In this document: in pieces, positions 61,153-64,000 of the stretch
How the letters are laid out: each line of letters begins with the position of its first letter
Numbering within the stretch: position 1 is the stretch's first letter
Position numbers and translations under genes: made by a program
Assembly: GCA_030704615.1 (NCBI GenBank)
Contig: CM060731.1
Location: 5,642,001 to 5,706,000, forward strand
Direction: 5' to 3'
DNA from: Takakia lepidozioides
Taxonomy: Eukaryota; Plantae; Bryophyta
DNA: 64,000 bases
Notes under the pieces: model-generated
The model's database searches: none
Told to the model about the DNA's origin: nothing
Seen by the model: the letters and a program-made list of their open reading frames with translations, nothing else

Positions 61153-64000
61153 ATGGCAGTCTTGTGTGCACATCTCCCATGGCGGAAAACCCGAGCGCTA
61201 CAGTGTACTGCCCTCCTCACGAGCATAGAGCTTCATTTCCGTGCAGAGGGGACATCTGCCGGGTGATGGAGAAATATCTGTGCGTTCGATACACCTGAAA
61301 CCGGGGTCGGTTTTTTTGGAGGAGGAAAGGAAGGACTCAAACGGCCTTGTTATCGAGAGTATTGTTGTGCTCCACGATGATTTCGGCGATGGCAGAGAAT
61401 GGCGAGTTCCACCATCGGACAACGTCATATACAGGGCTGTTGGGGACTTCATTTGCCCGCCCAATGCACCTTCTATCCTGGCGCCTTCCACGAAACAATC
61501 CGCGAATCAGAGAGTGGCTACCTCAAAGAGAGAAGTTCGCAACGAAGTAAATCCAGAGCCGAACCCATCCATGAAGACGAGCGAGAACCGGGTTGTTCAC
61601 AACCTGTCCGACTCAGACGAGGTCATGGAAGTTCCGAGGTCGTCCTGGAGATCAGGCAAGTCCTCAATGGACGTCAGTGGAGGAGGGAGTCATATTCCCA
61701 GCACGAGCACCGCAGTTCGATCTATTCTTGAAATTCTGCGAGGGCTTCACGTGGAGGGACACCGGTCGGAGCTGGCCGGGCTGGACTACAGCAAGTTTGC
61801 AATTAAATCGGTTACATGCCTTCCCGCCGACGTCGACGGTAATATCTTCTTTGAGTTCCTTCCTCGGGCGGACTACTCGAGGGCGTCCGGAATGTTGACA
61901 GATATGGATAGAAAACATGACGGTCATCCTTGGTGCGTTACCAAAACCACCAGCATGAAGATGCTCGATGGTGTGCGGGTGCGCTACGTTGTTTGTGCGG
62001 GCGCGTTGCGGTGTTTCTCCCCAACTTGCTTCCACTTTAAATCCAGAGGTCACAGGAACGAGACCGATTGGACAGGCACAACTCATCAACCATTTCGAGC
62101 TCAGGAGAAGGTTCCAAACTCCACATTTAAGTGTGCGCATTGCAAAGAACCACCACACTGCATGTCTGTTTGTAATGCCAAGCAGTTCTCTGTGTTGCAC
62201 CGTTTCCCTGACCTCACCCGAGCTTGCATACACGTTGGTTCCCATTGTCACAAATTGGCGAGGGGGAACTCGCGGGAGGCTGCCCACGAAGCAGAGCAGC
62301 TCGTTCAGAAGGAGGTTAAGTTGAGACCGGGTGCCAAACCCAAACAGATACAGCTCCAAGCCGCCCATAAGATGGCATTGGCCAGAATTATGTCGGAAGA
62401 CAGTTCCGATAGAGTTCCTCTCGATGAGAAGGAAATGGAGGCATTGCTGGAGTCGGTGTCCCACGTATGTTCACCGAATGTCCGAAACCACAGAAAATTG
62501 GTCGTGGCTCGGATATGCATTCCATTCTGGAGGTGAAGCGACGATGTGGATATGACTACATTCATGGAAGTAGGTTTCCAGGACAAGGGACTGAGGCAGA
62601 TCGTTGTTTCGTATTCAAAATGTCCACGTGTGGACCTGGCAGCGGCGTCGAACTGGTCGACAGGATGACGAGTGGGGACTTGTCAAACAGTTGGGTCATG
62701 TTCGACCATATCAAGCGAATTACAAATCACCAGTGGGTGACAATGGGTGCACATGTCTACGACACCCACTGCAGGATGCTAATGACAATTGTTATTTGTG
62801 AGATGAAAGGAGAGAACACACAATCGGAGATGCTTCTTTGGCAGGGAATAAACGAACAGATGGCCAAGGCGGGATTGCCCTCTCCCAATTTCCGTGGTTT
62901 CATGGCGGACAACGCATAAGCAAATTGGGCTGCCATCCGAAGGGTGTACGGGCAAGACCCCAATGTTCCCATGGAAGGCAAGGAGAGATCTTGTGGGTTC
63001 TATTTTCTGCAGAGCCTTTCGCAGTACACAACCCGGTTCGTGGCGCCAGATTTCAGAGAGGAGCACCGTTCCATGTGCCTTGCGTGGAAGCGCGCTCCCA
63101 CCTTGGATGATGCAGAGACACAATTTGCATGTATACGGGCTTGGTGGACATCATCAGGTGCTGTAAGGAAATCAGACGAGGGAGCAATGGTCAGTTGGCT
63201 AGCATGGTGGCATTATCGTTTCCTCCAGTTTGGCGACTATATGCGGGAGGTGAGTTGCACGAATTCGCGTCCCGTTGAATATTATTCTTGGCCATATTTG
63301 TAACTTGCTTGTAACCTCAACATGTGCTTGTGCAGGAAATGTGTCTCGACTCCGACACCGACATGCCCACGACAAACATGGCCGAATCAGTGCACTCTTC
63401 CTGGCGTGCCTCCTCTGCGGCACATCTGGTGGACATCCTCACTGCCACAACGGAGGACATTGTGAGGTCAATTATGCAGCAAAGCAGGTACAACGAGTTC
63501 TTGAAAGGGAAACAGTGGGGCTTGGGGCCGGACAGGCAGGAAATGCTGATGCGGACTGCCTCTAGATCGAAGAATCCTCGGAAGTGGGCGGCGGCCTTGC
63601 GAGAGGGCCTTCGGGACACGCCATTGCTGCGAAGAGGCCAACATTTGGAAGGAGATGTTCATACCCGTCCAGTGAGACGAAGACTTGACGAGGCACCTGG
63701 CGGAGAAGAGGATTCATGGCGAGCTGACAAGAATATTCGCACGCTCCCTCGTGGTCCGGTGATGTTGCCCGAGGAGGTCTCGTCGAGCACCGCAAGTCCT
63801 GCACGTTCAAGATCGCCATCTCCTTTGAGCACAGGGCGCGTGCCCCGACAACATAACGAGCCATCTGTAGTAAAGCAGTACAACATTCCCATTGTGGAGA
63901 CAAGAGTGTCGGAGTCACAGTGTAGAATTGCGAGGACATTGCCGGCATTTCGAGGGAAGTGCTGCGCCATCCAGGTGGATACGAGAGCACGCTGTGGTGA
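61153..64000 (+). pseudogene. Mutator-like DDE transposase with GCM/WRKY-like zinc domain; runs off the window
   Basis: DGHPW..CAGALRC..C..NETDW..CAHC..PPHC..C..RACIHVGSHCH (GCM-like). WVMFDH (D1), GFMADNA (D2), RSCGFY (CxxH position). After intron 63250-63335 comes PTTNMAESVHSSW (E). Frameshift near 62470 and TAA at 62917. Confidence 0.75.

Larger units (their letters stand above)
48170..64000. mobile_element. Large Mutator-like (MULE) element(s) carrying ParB-MTase cargo genes and palindrome arrays
   Basis: Transposase (+) diverges from the cargo gene (-), with a shared palindromic motif throughout. Termini were not identified, and the gap may join two separate elements. Confidence 0.65.

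Overview
Eukaryotic, TE-dense plant DNA, most likely a bryophyte or another land plant with flagellated sperm, since it carries an intact, intron-rich IFT70/TTC30 intraflagellar-transport gene (minus strand, 16077 to beyond base 1). The gene's introns hold a tandem non-autonomous Helitron, a TTAA-flanked piggyBac-like MITE and a hairpin-rich dispersed repeat. From about 17 kb onward the window is nested, mostly decayed transposons: (i) a CACTA element whose divergent TnpA-like gene contains an FCP1/NIF (HAD phosphatase-like) domain; (ii) MULE and LINE fragments; (iii) a Ty3/Gypsy-type element with a C5-cytosine DNA methyltransferase in frame behind its protease; (iv) a second, ordinary Ty3 element; (v) a large Mutator-like element (GCM/WRKY-like Zn domain plus DDE transposase) with two diverged, spliced copies of a gene encoding a beta-class N4/N6 DNA-methyltransferase-like domain. 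The copy whose 5' half is visible also has a ParB/Srx-like domain, and dozens of 22-30 bp palindromes lie in arrays and introns around both copies. System (v) is the strongest candidate for an undescribed system and (iii) is second. A 500-N assembly gap lies at 52887-53386. All assignments come from motif recognition by eye; no searches were run.
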